From: Candidatus Odinarchaeia archaeon
GTDB lineage: Archaea > Asgardarchaeota > Odinarchaeia > Odinarchaeales > Odinarchaeaceae
Length of the DNA: 21,942 bases
Reading direction: 5' to 3'
Assembly: GCA_029856525.1 (NCBI GenBank)
Contig: JAHQXC010000014.1
Coordinates: forward strand, 1-21,942
Shown here: piece after piece, positions 1 through 7,917 of the stretch
Layout: each line of letters opens with the position of its first letter
Position numbering within the stretch: the first letter of the stretch is position 1
Translations under genes and position numbers: made by a program
The notes under the pieces: generated by a model
The model's input: the letters and a program-made list of their open reading frames with translations, nothing else
Told to the model about the DNA's origin: nothing
The model's database searches: none

Positions 1-1
1 C

Positions 2-268
2 GTGGTAAAAATAATCAAATTCTTCAATATTCCAACAGGCGCTGTAATAAATAAAGCCGACATCCATAAATCCACATATAATCGAATAAGAAAATATCTA
101 CAGGAAAATAACATAACTTTACACGCGGAAATACCGTATAATAAAATTATTCCGAAAGCGATAGCTGAGGGAAAACCCTTCAACTATTTTAGTCTAAACC
201 CGCAGTTAAACATTCAAATACAAAAAATAATTAATGAAGTAACACTATTAGGAGGTGATAATAAATGA
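2..268 (+). CDS. C-terminal part (5'-truncated by window) of MinD-superfamily P-loop ATPase, COG1149-type
   Basis: GAVINKAD...AEIPYNKIIPKAIAEGKP is typical of the COG1149 C-terminus. It overlaps the NifB/NifX gene by 4 bp (ATAAATGA junction), the usual neighbourhood. Confidence 0.7.
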   Translation: MVKIIKFFNIPTGAVINKADIHKSTYNRIRKYLQENNITLHAEIPYNKIIPKAIAEGKPFNYFSLNPQLNIQIQKIINEVTLLGGDNK

Positions 269-633
269 TCATAATAGTACCTGTTGAAGAAAATAAAGGA
301 GTAAACTCCCGTTTAAGCGAACACTTTGGAAGAGCACCTTACCTTGCAATCGTAAACATTAAAGAAGACAACCAGTATACGGTTGAAATTAAACCTAATA
401 CCAGTCAACACTTCGGCGGCATCGGCCTCCCATCAGAGAATATTCTCCAATATAAACCGGATGCTGTGATCACGTATGGCATGGGTCCTCGTGCGATTCA
501 AATACTCTCCGCAAACAATGTCAAAGTTTTCTCAGCTACAAGCCCGCTGCTGAAAGAAAACATAGAAAACTATTTGAAAGGCTTAGTGAAAACCACGGTT
601 GAACCCTGCGATCACCCCCGTCACAAACACTGA
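265..633 (+). CDS. NifB/NifX-family (COG1433) Fe-Mo cofactor-binding-like protein
   Basis: SEHFGRAPY motif, DAVITYGMGPRA, C-terminal CDHPRH; 122 aa; RBS GGAGGTGA upstream. Confidence 0.85.
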   Translation: MIIIVPVEENKGVNSRLSEHFGRAPYLAIVNIKEDNQYTVEIKPNTSQHFGGIGLPSENILQYKPDAVITYGMGPRAIQILSANNVKVFSATSPLLKENIENYLKGLVKTTVEPCDHPRHKH

Positions 634-681
634 ATACAATCAAAACCAGTAATAATTAATATCCACTCATTAACTTTTTAA

Positions 682-885
682 CTTCATTAAGGGGAGTCCC
701 CTTCAGATATGGAGGAGATGAGAGCTGATAATCTTATAAAAGATATTGTTGCATTATAATCATAATAAAGATGTGGGGCTGGGACGCCCTGAGAAGCCTG
801 CTGAGACGGGGCCTGTACTGGTCGAAACACCGGCAAGCTCCATCATTGAAGCGGGAGGCCCCTTACGAAAGCAAGAGTAATTCAC
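682..885 (+). mobile_element. Non-autonomous IS200/IS605-family mini-element, copy E1 (no TnpA/TnpB)
   Basis: Preceded by TTTAA (677-681). Left-end hairpin AAGGGG-AGT-CCCCTT (689-703). 3' part resembles tnpB 3' ends (GCCTGCTGAG...GGCAAGCTCC...TTGAAGCGGGAGGCCCC, reading LKREAP) and ends GTAATTCAC. Aligns with E2 at both ends. Confidence 0.75.
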
Positions 886-905
886 ATAAACATATTTAGA
901 GGTTT
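771..905 (+). ncRNA. Putative TnpB omega-RNA (reRNA)-like scaffold plus flank-derived guide (about 886-905)
   Basis: TATA-like TTATAAAA at 734-741, then a GC-rich structured block in an AT-rich context with GAAA-loop hairpins, ending at the TTCAC right end. Boundaries are approximate and expression is inferred. Confidence 0.5.
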
Positions 906-911
906 AAAAAC

Positions 912-1229
912 ATGTGCTATCGTTGGAGAGGACCCAGATGCCGCGGCAGACCCCGCAAACACCGCTGCATAGACGCGGAGCATAAACCTAAACAATTCAT
1001 ATGCACCACCTCCCCGCCAAACACTCCTGAAATCGAACTATACTATGATGAACTAGAAGCTTTAAGACTAGTAGACTACGAGGGTTTATCTCAGGAGGAA
1101 GCAGGCCAGAAAATGAACATAAGCCGCGGAACAATCTGGAGGCTTCTAGAGCAAGCTCGTAGAAAAATAACAGAAGCCTTGATAGCGGGGAAAACAATAA
1201 CGATAAAGCCGAGAGAGGATCAAGTTTGA
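912..1229 (+). CDS. DUF134 (UPF0251) predicted DNA-binding HTH protein
   Basis: GRPRKHRCI...DELEALRLVDYEGLSQEEAGQKMNISRGTIWRLL signature; usual neighbour of NifB/NifX and COG1149 genes. Confidence 0.9.
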   Translation: MCYRWRGPRCRGRPRKHRCIDAEHKPKQFICTTSPPNTPEIELYYDELEALRLVDYEGLSQEEAGQKMNISRGTIWRLLEQARRKITEALIAGKTITIKPREDQV

Positions 1230-1513
1230 TTTTTAAGTATCCGATGTGAAACTCATATACTTTAAGCGTTGAATAAGATCCTCGGTTAAGTTAATTATGT
1301 GGGTTTTGAAGTAGGATTCCTCAAAGTTTTTGACTGGAGAATTTATAAGTAGAGTAGAGTTTAACAGGCTATAAGATACTCAAGGTTTTAATTATATCGT
1401 TTATGCGGAGGTTGCTTTAACACGACTCTCAACTATTTATGTTGAGCTCGTAAAAAATTGGAGGCTTACTCCTCTGTTACTTTGCATTTATATGGTTTAG
1501 ACTTCTTTTATTT

Positions 1514-2080
1514 TCAACTCTGCGATGTTTCTTCCTCTAATTTTTTGATTTCCTTTTCTAGTGTTTCTGCTATTGTTTGTATTATTCCGCTTATTTTCTC
1601 TATTTTTTCTTCTGTTGTTTTCTGTGTTAAGTGTTTTCTGAGTGTGAACATGCCGTGGAATATTCTTCTCATGTTTTCTTTTATTTTAATGACTTGCTGG
1701 TTTTCTATTTGAGGGCAGATATGGTTGAATAGGAATGGTGTGAATAATCCTATGCTTGTTTTATTGTATTCTTCTCGTTGTTTCTCCTGTTCTTGTAGAA
1801 ATTTCCGCCCCTCCTCGGTGATCTGGTAGGGTTTTCTCCCTGTTTCATCTTTCGGTAGCTGTTGAATATACCCGTAGTCTTCTAGTAATGCTAGTAGAGG
1901 GTATATTGACCCCGGGCTTGGCGTCCACTGTCCTTCGGTTTGCTCTTGGATTTTATCCATTATTTCTTTTCCTGAAAGCGGTTTTTCAGCTAACATTTTT
2001 AAAACCTGGTATCTTAGGAAGCCTTTAGGCACGGTTGCCGTATGCTTGCTCCAGTGTATGAAAGGTTTTGGACCGCACAT
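1514..2080 (-). CDS. PadR-family transcriptional regulator
   Basis: LRYQVLKMLAEKPLSGKEIM...WTPSPGSIYPLLALLEDYGYI...YQITEEG winged-helix signature; RBS GGTGA upstream. Confidence 0.9.
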   Translation of the reverse strand: MCGPKPFIHWSKHTATVPKGFLRYQVLKMLAEKPLSGKEIMDKIQEQTEGQWTPSPGSIYPLLALLEDYGYIQQLPKDETGRKPYQITEEGRKFLQEQEKQREEYNKTSIGLFTPFLFNHICPQIENQQVIKIKENMRRIFHGMFTLRKHLTQKTTEEKIEKISGIIQTIAETLEKEIKKLEEETSQS

Positions 2081-2097
2081 TTAAATCACCTTAATTA

Positions 2098-2119
2098 TCA
2101 TATTTGATATTGAATATGA
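2098..2119. promoter_or_regulatory. Inverted repeat TCATATT-N8-AATATGA, candidate PadR autoregulatory operator
   Basis: Lies between the minus-strand TATA-like TTTAAA (about 2129-2134) and the PadR start codon at 2080. Confidence 0.35.
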
Positions 2120-2338
2120 CATCCACTATTTAAACATATGCTAAAAAGTTAACTGATTTAACTTAATTTTAACTGAAAGGTAACAAAAATTTTATGGATG
2201 TCTATAACTTATTAATTATAAAAGAAAATATTCTCGCATGGTGAAGTGAAGAAAAAACTTGTTAAATTCACCAGGAATATTAGATTGGTCGACCTTGTAA
2301 TTTCTAATAATAATTTAAGTAGTGTATAGGTGGTTTAC

Positions 2339-2629
2339 ATGTTTGAGGTTATAGTTGAACAGGTTAAAGGACGCTGCCCTGTTTATAAAATAGGCGACCG
2401 TATTACAATTCAGCCTCCTAGAATTCTATTAGATAAAACAGACGGCTTATGTATTCACGCTCTACCTATTATATTACACTACGCGATCGCTGTTAACGAG
2501 GGAGTTGACCCTGTTAAACTAGGTTTAACAACAAGTAATAATCCTGGCGTATATTATTTTCAATGCTTAGACCCGGGTCCGCCTTACACTGAAGGGGGGA
2601 CAGTTCTTTTCAAATGTAGGAGAGTATAG
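2339..2629 (+). CDS. TIGR04076-family small Cys protein
   Basis: VKGRCPVYKIGD...LCIHAL...FQCLDPGPPYTEGGTVLF. ATG 2339 preferred over GTG 2330 because AGGTGG (2328-2333) is an RBS for it. Confidence 0.8.
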   Translation: MFEVIVEQVKGRCPVYKIGDRITIQPPRILLDKTDGLCIHALPIILHYAIAVNEGVDPVKLGLTTSNNPGVYYFQCLDPGPPYTEGGTVLFKCRRV

Positions 2630-2639
2630 GTGGCGTATT

Positions 2640-3758
2640 TTGAAGTGTAATATCTGCGGCTCAGATAGACTTCCTGTAAGCCGGGTTATAGGAGTGTGCC
2701 GTAATTGTATACTGGATAACCCGGTTAGCTCTTTAAAAAGTATCTTCGAAAAAGTAAACTTTATTCGCTTAGATATGGGTGAAAGCATACTCGACAGGGA
2801 GACTGGTTTAACCTGTTTCGGATGTGGTAATAATTGTAAGATTGGAGAGGGAGAGAAGGGTATCTGCGGGTTGTTTGAAAACCGTGGGGGGATGCTGGTT
2901 AGATTAGCAGGTACGCCTGATAAAGGTTTACTGAACTTCTATTATGACGCGCTGCCGACTAACTGTGTAGCGGATTTTGTATGCCCGGCTGGTACAGGTT
3001 GCGGCTACCCTAAGTACGCGTATAAAAACGGACCGGAGACCGGTTACTATAATCTAGCTGTATTCTACCGGGGCTGTAACTTTAATTGCTTATTCTGTCA
3101 GAACTGGCATCATCGACCGGCTAGAGGTGGCTGGGAACGCTTATCCGCGGAGCGGTTAGCCGGACAGGTGAATGAAAAAACCGCTTGTATCTGTTATTTC
3201 GGCGGAGACCCATCCCCTCAGCTGCCTCATAGTATAGCAGTCAGCCGTATAGCTTTAGAGAAAGCTGAAGAAGAGAAGCGTATTCTAAGACTCTGCTGGG
3301 AGACTAACGGTGGAATGAACAGAGCTCAACTTAAAGTTATTCTATCTTTAGCTTTAAAATCAGGTGGCATCGTGAAATTCGATTTAAAATTTTACAGTGA
3401 ACCGCTTAACCTAGCCTTATGCGGTGTCTCAAATAAAACCTCGATTAGTAATTTTCTCTATGCAGCTGAATTTTTTAAGGAGAGATTAAACCCTCCTTTA
3501 ATCGTGGTAAGTACGCCTTTAATCCCAGGTTATACTTCTATTGAAGAAGTTGAGAAGATAGCTGGTTTAATCGCTGAAGTGAACCCGAATATACCTTACA
3601 GGTTGCTAGGCTTCACCCCTCATTTTCAGATGAGTGAGTTACCTTCAACCAGTAAAAAACACGCTTTAAAATGTTTAGAAGCAGCCCGCCGAGCTGGTTG
3701 TAACCTCGTAGAGATCGGAAACTATCCTCATCTATCTAATGTAAACTATAATCTTTAA
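2640..3758 (+). CDS. Radical SAM protein, PflA/COG1180-like, with Cys-rich N-terminus
   Basis: CNFNCLFC (CX3CX2C), FGGDP, WETNG; extra CxxC clusters (CNIC, CRNC, CFGCGNNC); TTG start with RBS AGGTGG. Confidence 0.85.
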   Translation: MKCNICGSDRLPVSRVIGVCRNCILDNPVSSLKSIFEKVNFIRLDMGESILDRETGLTCFGCGNNCKIGEGEKGICGLFENRGGMLVRLAGTPDKGLLNFYYDALPTNCVADFVCPAGTGCGYPKYAYKNGPETGYYNLAVFYRGCNFNCLFCQNWHHRPARGGWERLSAERLAGQVNEKTACICYFGGDPSPQLPHSIAVSRIALEKAEEEKRILRLCWETNGGMNRAQLKVILSLALKSGGIVKFDLKFYSEPLNLALCGVSNKTSISNFLYAAEFFKERLNPPLIVVSTPLIPGYTSIEEVEKIAGLIAEVNPNIPYRLLGFTPHFQMSELPSTSKKHALKCLEAARRAGCNLVEIGNYPHLSNVNYNL

Positions 3759-3790
3759 CGTGTTGACGGTTTTCGGAATCTTTAAATATT

Positions 3791-3810
3791 AAATATCGAT
3801 ATCGATATTT
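3791..3810. promoter_or_regulatory. Perfect 20-bp palindrome AAATATCGATATCGATATTT, likely operator of the ABC exporter operon
   Basis: Exact self-complementary 20-mer between TATA-like TTTAAATA (3781-3788) and ATG 3814. Confidence 0.55.
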
Positions 3811-3813
3811 GCT

Positions 3814-4734
3814 ATGAGAAACGCTATAGAAGTTGTAAATGTAAGTAAATTCTTCGGTAAAATTAAAGCAGTGGATAATATATCATTCACTGTTCAAGAA
3901 GGTGAAATCTTCGGTTTTCTAGGACCGAACGGTGCTGGTAAGACGACGACTATGCGTATGTTAACCGGTTTAATTAAACCCGATACCGGTCAGATTCGCA
4001 TATTCGGGTTGGATATTATTCGAAGCCCTCTTAAAGCTAAGCAGTTGATGGGTATACTCCCTGAAATGTCTAACGCGTATATTGATTTATCCGCTTGGGA
4101 TAATCTTATGCTTGTAGGCGGCTTATACGGTGTGCCTAGGCGAGTGCGAGAGGAGAGGGGTGAACGTCTTTTAAAACAGTTTAAGCTTTTTGATAGACGA
4201 AACCAGCTTGTTAAAGGATTCTCTAAGGGTATGAAGCAGAGGCTGCTAGTGTGTATGGCGTTAATCCATGATCCTATTCTGCTTTTATTAGATGAACCAA
4301 CCTCCGGGCTAGACGTGGAGAGCACGATTTTAATCCGGAATATTCTGAGAGAGTTGAATGAAAAAGGTGTGACTGTTTTTATTACAACACATAACATGGA
4401 GGAGGCTGGTAAGCTTTGCGGGAGGGTGGCGATTGTGAATCATGGTAGAATCCTCGTCACTGATACAGTGGAGAATGTTAAGAATAAAACCGAGCGTTTT
4501 AAAATATTAGAGGTGGTTTTCGACAGGGTGGCCGACTTCACGGAACTGGCTTCACTGGCAGTTAACGGCGAGTTTAACGTCTTCGATGAACGTGTGAGAC
4601 TGGTGGTTGAAGATGTAGATGCTGCGTTGAACAGGGTGGTGGATTATGCTAGAAATAATTCTATTAGAATAATTTCATTGAATACTTTAACTCCTTCTCT
4701 CGAAGACGCGTTTATAAAATTAACTGGGAGCTGA
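3814..4734 (+). CDS. ABC-2/multidrug-type exporter ATP-binding subunit (COG1131)
   Basis: Walker A GPNGAGKT, signature FSKGMKQR, Walker B LLLLDEP, H-loop TTH. Confidence 0.95.
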   Translation: MRNAIEVVNVSKFFGKIKAVDNISFTVQEGEIFGFLGPNGAGKTTTMRMLTGLIKPDTGQIRIFGLDIIRSPLKAKQLMGILPEMSNAYIDLSAWDNLMLVGGLYGVPRRVREERGERLLKQFKLFDRRNQLVKGFSKGMKQRLLVCMALIHDPILLLLDEPTSGLDVESTILIRNILRELNEKGVTVFITTHNMEEAGKLCGRVAIVNHGRILVTDTVENVKNKTERFKILEVVFDRVADFTELASLAVNGEFNVFDERVRLVVEDVDAALNRVVDYARNNSIRIISLNTLTPSLEDAFIKLTGS

Positions 4735-4739
4735 AAAAC

Positions 4740-5504
4740 ATGAACTCTTCTTCAAACTATTATTTAGAGCAGTTTAAACGTTCACTGCTAATTATGAAGA
4801 AAAATGTTAAAATATATTATAGTAAGGGGCCTGTGATAGTATTCGGCGTGCTTTTACCGATGTTTCTTTTCTTAGCATATTTTATCGGTAGAAATATTTC
4901 GCTTCATGAAGCTTTCCCTGGTTTGCTGGGTATGACTGTCTTCTTCTCCGCGACATCTGTTGGCCCTACGATAATTCCATGGGAGAGCCGTCTTAAAACT
5001 CTGGAACGATTGATCAGTACTCCTATTAGCTTATGGAGTATGTTTTTAGGAGATGTTTTATCATCGTTTATGTTCGGTGTTCTAATATCTCTGATACCTT
5101 TAATTTTAGGATTTATTTTAGGAGTCGAATTTATTAACTGTTTTCTCCTGTTTGGTGGTGTAATACTTGGTGTTCTATGCTTCTCCGCTTTCAGTATTCT
5201 ACTCTCAGCTTATCCTCCTACAGATACGCCTTCAACTATTATGATGCTTACTTCGCTTGTCAGATTTCCGTTAATATTCATCAGCGGGGTTTTCACACCT
5301 TTATCAGCGCTGCCGGGCTGGGGGGTTATATTATCTTCCATATCCCCGCTAACATATTTCGTTGATTTAACACGGGCTTCACTAACCGGTGTTAGCTACT
5401 ACCCTTTATATATAGATTTACCAGTTTTAGTGTTTATAGCAGCTTTATTCTTTATTATAGCGGTGTCTATTCACAAGCGAAGTATTCTTAAAAGACTTTC
5501 ATAA
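4740..5504 (+). CDS. ABC-2-type exporter permease (COG0842)
   Basis: About 6 hydrophobic helices, WESRLKTLERLISTP, FISGVFTPL, SPLTYFVD; 5 bp downstream of the ATPase gene. Confidence 0.9.
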   Translation: MNSSSNYYLEQFKRSLLIMKKNVKIYYSKGPVIVFGVLLPMFLFLAYFIGRNISLHEAFPGLLGMTVFFSATSVGPTIIPWESRLKTLERLISTPISLWSMFLGDVLSSFMFGVLISLIPLILGFILGVEFINCFLLFGGVILGVLCFSAFSILLSAYPPTDTPSTIMMLTSLVRFPLIFISGVFTPLSALPGWGVILSSISPLTYFVDLTRASLTGVSYYPLYIDLPVLVFIAALFFIIAVSIHKRSILKRLS

Positions 5505-5627
5505 AATATTAACTATTTATTTTATTTTCTAAAATTTCGCTTATAAAAGTATTTAATAGTTTATGTTACATTTTATAATATAGCAGTGTTTCCTCTCGTT
5601 CTTTTAAAAATTCAGGCGGTGGACTGT

Positions 5628-7445
5628 TTGAGCGAGGGTGAAAAGAAAAGTGTGCTTTTCATAAGTACATTCAATTCAATTCGCTCTCAGATCGCTGAAG
5701 CGTTATTAAATCATTTATACGGGGATTACTATGAAGCTTACAGCGCGGGTTTAAAGCCGACTGAAATCCACCCTTTAGCTGTTAAAGTTATGCAGGAGAT
5801 TGGCATCGATATATCCGGGCAGAAGCCTAAAAGTATTGATGAGATTGTCGGTTCGAGAATCTTCGACTACGTAGTTACTTTATGCGATGAAGCCTTTGAG
5901 AGTTGCCCGTATTTTCCAGGCGGTAAAAAATATATTCATAAAAGTATTGACGCCAGTTTTCAGGTTAAAGGCGAGCGGGAATTATATATAGAGAGTTTCC
6001 GACGGATTAGAGATGAGATTAAAACATTTATTATTAACACTTTTAAACCCGAGTCTTTAAAGAAGCCGTCTATAAAAAAGATTTTAGAGCTTCGCAAGAA
6101 ACCTAGCATGTTACTTAAATTTTTTAAGAAGCCTGAACCAGTTGAACGGCTTACCGCCCCTTTCCGCAGGTTTATAGAATTAGAAAGCTCTAGCGGCATA
6201 TTACTGCTCTTATGTCTTTCAACCGCTTTACTATTATCTAATATTTTAGGATCCATGTACTTGGATTTATGGGAGACAGAGGTTACTATAGGTATAGCAT
6301 CTTTTACAATAACTAAACCTCTAAGATTATGGATTAATGAAGGGCTTATGGCTGTATTCTTCCTGCTGGTTGGATTAGAGCTTAAACGTGAGTTTCTAGT
6401 AGGGGAGCTTACAACTTTTAAAAAACTCGCTTTACCTTTATTCGCAGCTTTAGGGGGCATGATATTTCCTATAGTGATCTACTCTATTTTAAACATGGGC
6501 GGTGTTGGTGTCGCAGGTTGGGGTGTTCCAATGGCAACAGATATAGCTATCGTTTTAGGTGTATTAACATTACTCGGTAGACGTATCCCTAACGGTTTAA
6601 AGGTTTTTCTCGCATCATTAGCTATAATAGATGATATTGGAGCTGTTGTCGCTATCGCTTTATTCTATCCGTCTGAAATTTATCCACCAGCCTTCATAGT
6701 AATAGCTGCTTTCACAGTAAGCCTGATCGCTATGAATTACCTCGGCGTTAGAAACATGATATTATACGGTGTGTTAGGCGTAGGCTTATGGTTCGGCTTC
6801 TTAGAATCCGGGGTTGAACCGGCTTTAGCAGGTTTAATTTTAGCTTTAATAATACCTTCTGGAAGAGCTTTAGAGCCGGAGGAGTTTTTAGATGTATGTT
6901 ACGCGTCGCTAGAGCAATTGGAGAAGACCGTTCCGCTTAAAAAAGGTGAAATAAGCATTGAAAGAGCTATGACAGTTAACGTGCTTGATAAAGCCTGCGA
7001 TATGACTGTTCCACCTCTGATTAGGCTTCAAGAGCACATTCACCCTTGGGTTGCGTTTCTTATAATCCCATTATTCGCTTTAGCTAACACTGGAATCAAT
7101 CTTATAGGTTTAGATATCGGATTCATTTTAACTCAACCGGTAACAGTCGGTATCATCGCAGGCTTATTTATCGGCAAGCAAGCAGGGATAACACTCTTCT
7201 CCTATATCTCAGTTAAATTAGGGTTGGCAAGCCTCCCCTCAGAAGTTAACTGGAAGCATATATACGGTGCAGCTCTACTAGGCGGGATCGGCTTCACAAT
7301 GTCGCTTTTCATAAGTAATCTAGCCTTTACTTCACTGATTCTTTTAGGTATGGCTAAAATAGGAATTCTACTCGGCTCTCTAACATCCGGTTTAACAGGG
7401 GTATTCTATTTGAAGACTGTTATAAAAGTGGAGAAGACGGTTTAA
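5628..7445 (+). CDS. nhaA: Fusion of an ArsC/LMW-PTP-like domain (catalytic Cys replaced by Ser) and a NhaA Na+/H+ antiporter
   Basis: N-terminal FISTFNSIRSQIAE...EIGIDISGQ...VTLCDEAFESCPYFPG...FRRIRDEI. C-terminal NhaA motifs WINEGLMAVFFLLVGLELKRE, PMATDIA, LAIIDD, GKQAG, GIGFTMSLFI. TTG 5628 (RBS GGCGGTGG) preferred over GTG 5586. Confidence 0.9.
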   Translation: MSEGEKKSVLFISTFNSIRSQIAEALLNHLYGDYYEAYSAGLKPTEIHPLAVKVMQEIGIDISGQKPKSIDEIVGSRIFDYVVTLCDEAFESCPYFPGGKKYIHKSIDASFQVKGERELYIESFRRIRDEIKTFIINTFKPESLKKPSIKKILELRKKPSMLLKFFKKPEPVERLTAPFRRFIELESSSGILLLLCLSTALLLSNILGSMYLDLWETEVTIGIASFTITKPLRLWINEGLMAVFFLLVGLELKREFLVGELTTFKKLALPLFAALGGMIFPIVIYSILNMGGVGVAGWGVPMATDIAIVLGVLTLLGRRIPNGLKVFLASLAIIDDIGAVVAIALFYPSEIYPPAFIVIAAFTVSLIAMNYLGVRNMILYGVLGVGLWFGFLESGVEPALAGLILALIIPSGRALEPEEFLDVCYASLEQLEKTVPLKKGEISIERAMTVNVLDKACDMTVPPLIRLQEHIHPWVAFLIIPLFALANTGINLIGLDIGFILTQPVTVGIIAGLFIGKQAGITLFSYISVKLGLASLPSEVNWKHIYGAALLGGIGFTMSLFISNLAFTSLILLGMAKIGILLGSLTSGLTGVFYLKTVIKVEKTV

Positions 7446-7524
7446 ACATGATAGCTTATTAAAATTCTCTATATTAGAATGTTCAGTCAAATACCCTTCT
7501 TTCAATTAACTTTTAACTCATATA

Positions 7525-7544
7525 TTTTATTTTTTTTAAAAAAA
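7525..7544. terminator. Possible bidirectional T-tract/A-tract terminator between convergent genes
   Basis: TTTTA, T8 then A7 between the nhaA stop (7445) and the microprotein stop (7562). Confidence 0.4.
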
Positions 7545-7561
7545 TTGGGGACGTTGAGAAA

Positions 7562-7666
7562 TTAGGCTTTTCTAGAGATTTGTGTTGAACCGCAGTTTTC
7601 ACATTTCTTCGGTTTGCAGCGCGCTTCGAAAAGCGCACCGCATTTATCACAGACGAAAACAGCCAT
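7562..7666 (-). CDS. 34-aa RCKP-type rubredoxin-like/zinc-ribbon microprotein (not in ORF track)
   Basis: MAVFVCDKCGALFEARCKPKKCENCGSTQISRKA*: two CxxCG knuckles and an RCKP motif. GAGG RBS 7 nt upstream and TATATAAA about 29 nt upstream. Confidence 0.85.
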   Translation of the reverse strand: MAVFVCDKCGALFEARCKPKKCENCGSTQISRKA

Positions 7667-7711
7667 ATTACAACCTCAACTCAATTTTAACGATTTTATA
7701 TATATTCTGAG

Positions 7712-7836
7712 AGTAGGCTAATCTCGCTTTCGTGAACTACCGCTCCCTATCGGAGGGGGCTTCCTGATCCAACGGGGGAGTTTACTGGTATTCTCTACAA
7801 TCAGCACGCGCATAGGACTGTTCAAGCTCTACACTT
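7712..7836 (-). ncRNA. Putative omega-RNA-like scaffold of E2 plus flank-derived guide (about 7731-7712)
   Basis: TATA-like TTTATAAT (7866-7859) about 25 nt before the block homologous to the E1 scaffold. Boundaries are approximate. Confidence 0.5.
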
Positions 7837-7917
7837 GTATCCTTTTTGAAGATTAGAAATTATAAATATCTTCCGGCTTCCACTTCCCGCTTTCGCAGGG
7901 GCTTTCCGCTGATAAAG
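7732..7917 (-). mobile_element. Non-autonomous IS200/IS605-family mini-element, copy E2
   Basis: Minus strand: TTTAA (7922-7918), then CTTTATCAGCGGAAAGCCCCTGCGAAAGCGGG left end. Right end CAGGAAGCCCCCTCCGATAGGGAGCGGTAGTTCAC (reads DQEAP) is a classic IS200/IS605 right end. Confidence 0.8.

Noticed and set aside
265-633. NifB/NifX protein as evidence of nitrogen fixation
   Set aside because: Stand-alone COG1433 proteins are widespread in non-diazotrophic archaea, and no nif structural genes are present.
771-899. 42-aa ORF (MWGWDALRSLL...LKREAP...) inside E1
   Set aside because: Best explained as the vestigial tnpB 3' end overlapping the RNA scaffold, not a functional protein.
1230-1513. 284-bp gap between convergent genes with small hairpins (CTCAAC-N7-GTTGAG 1428-1446, GAGG-N6-CCTC 1461-1474), a GTGAA at about 1246 and a ~45-codon minus-strand open frame
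   Set aside because: Stems are short enough to be chance, there is no match to the E1/E2 ends beyond 5 nt, and the open frame lacks a good start codon.
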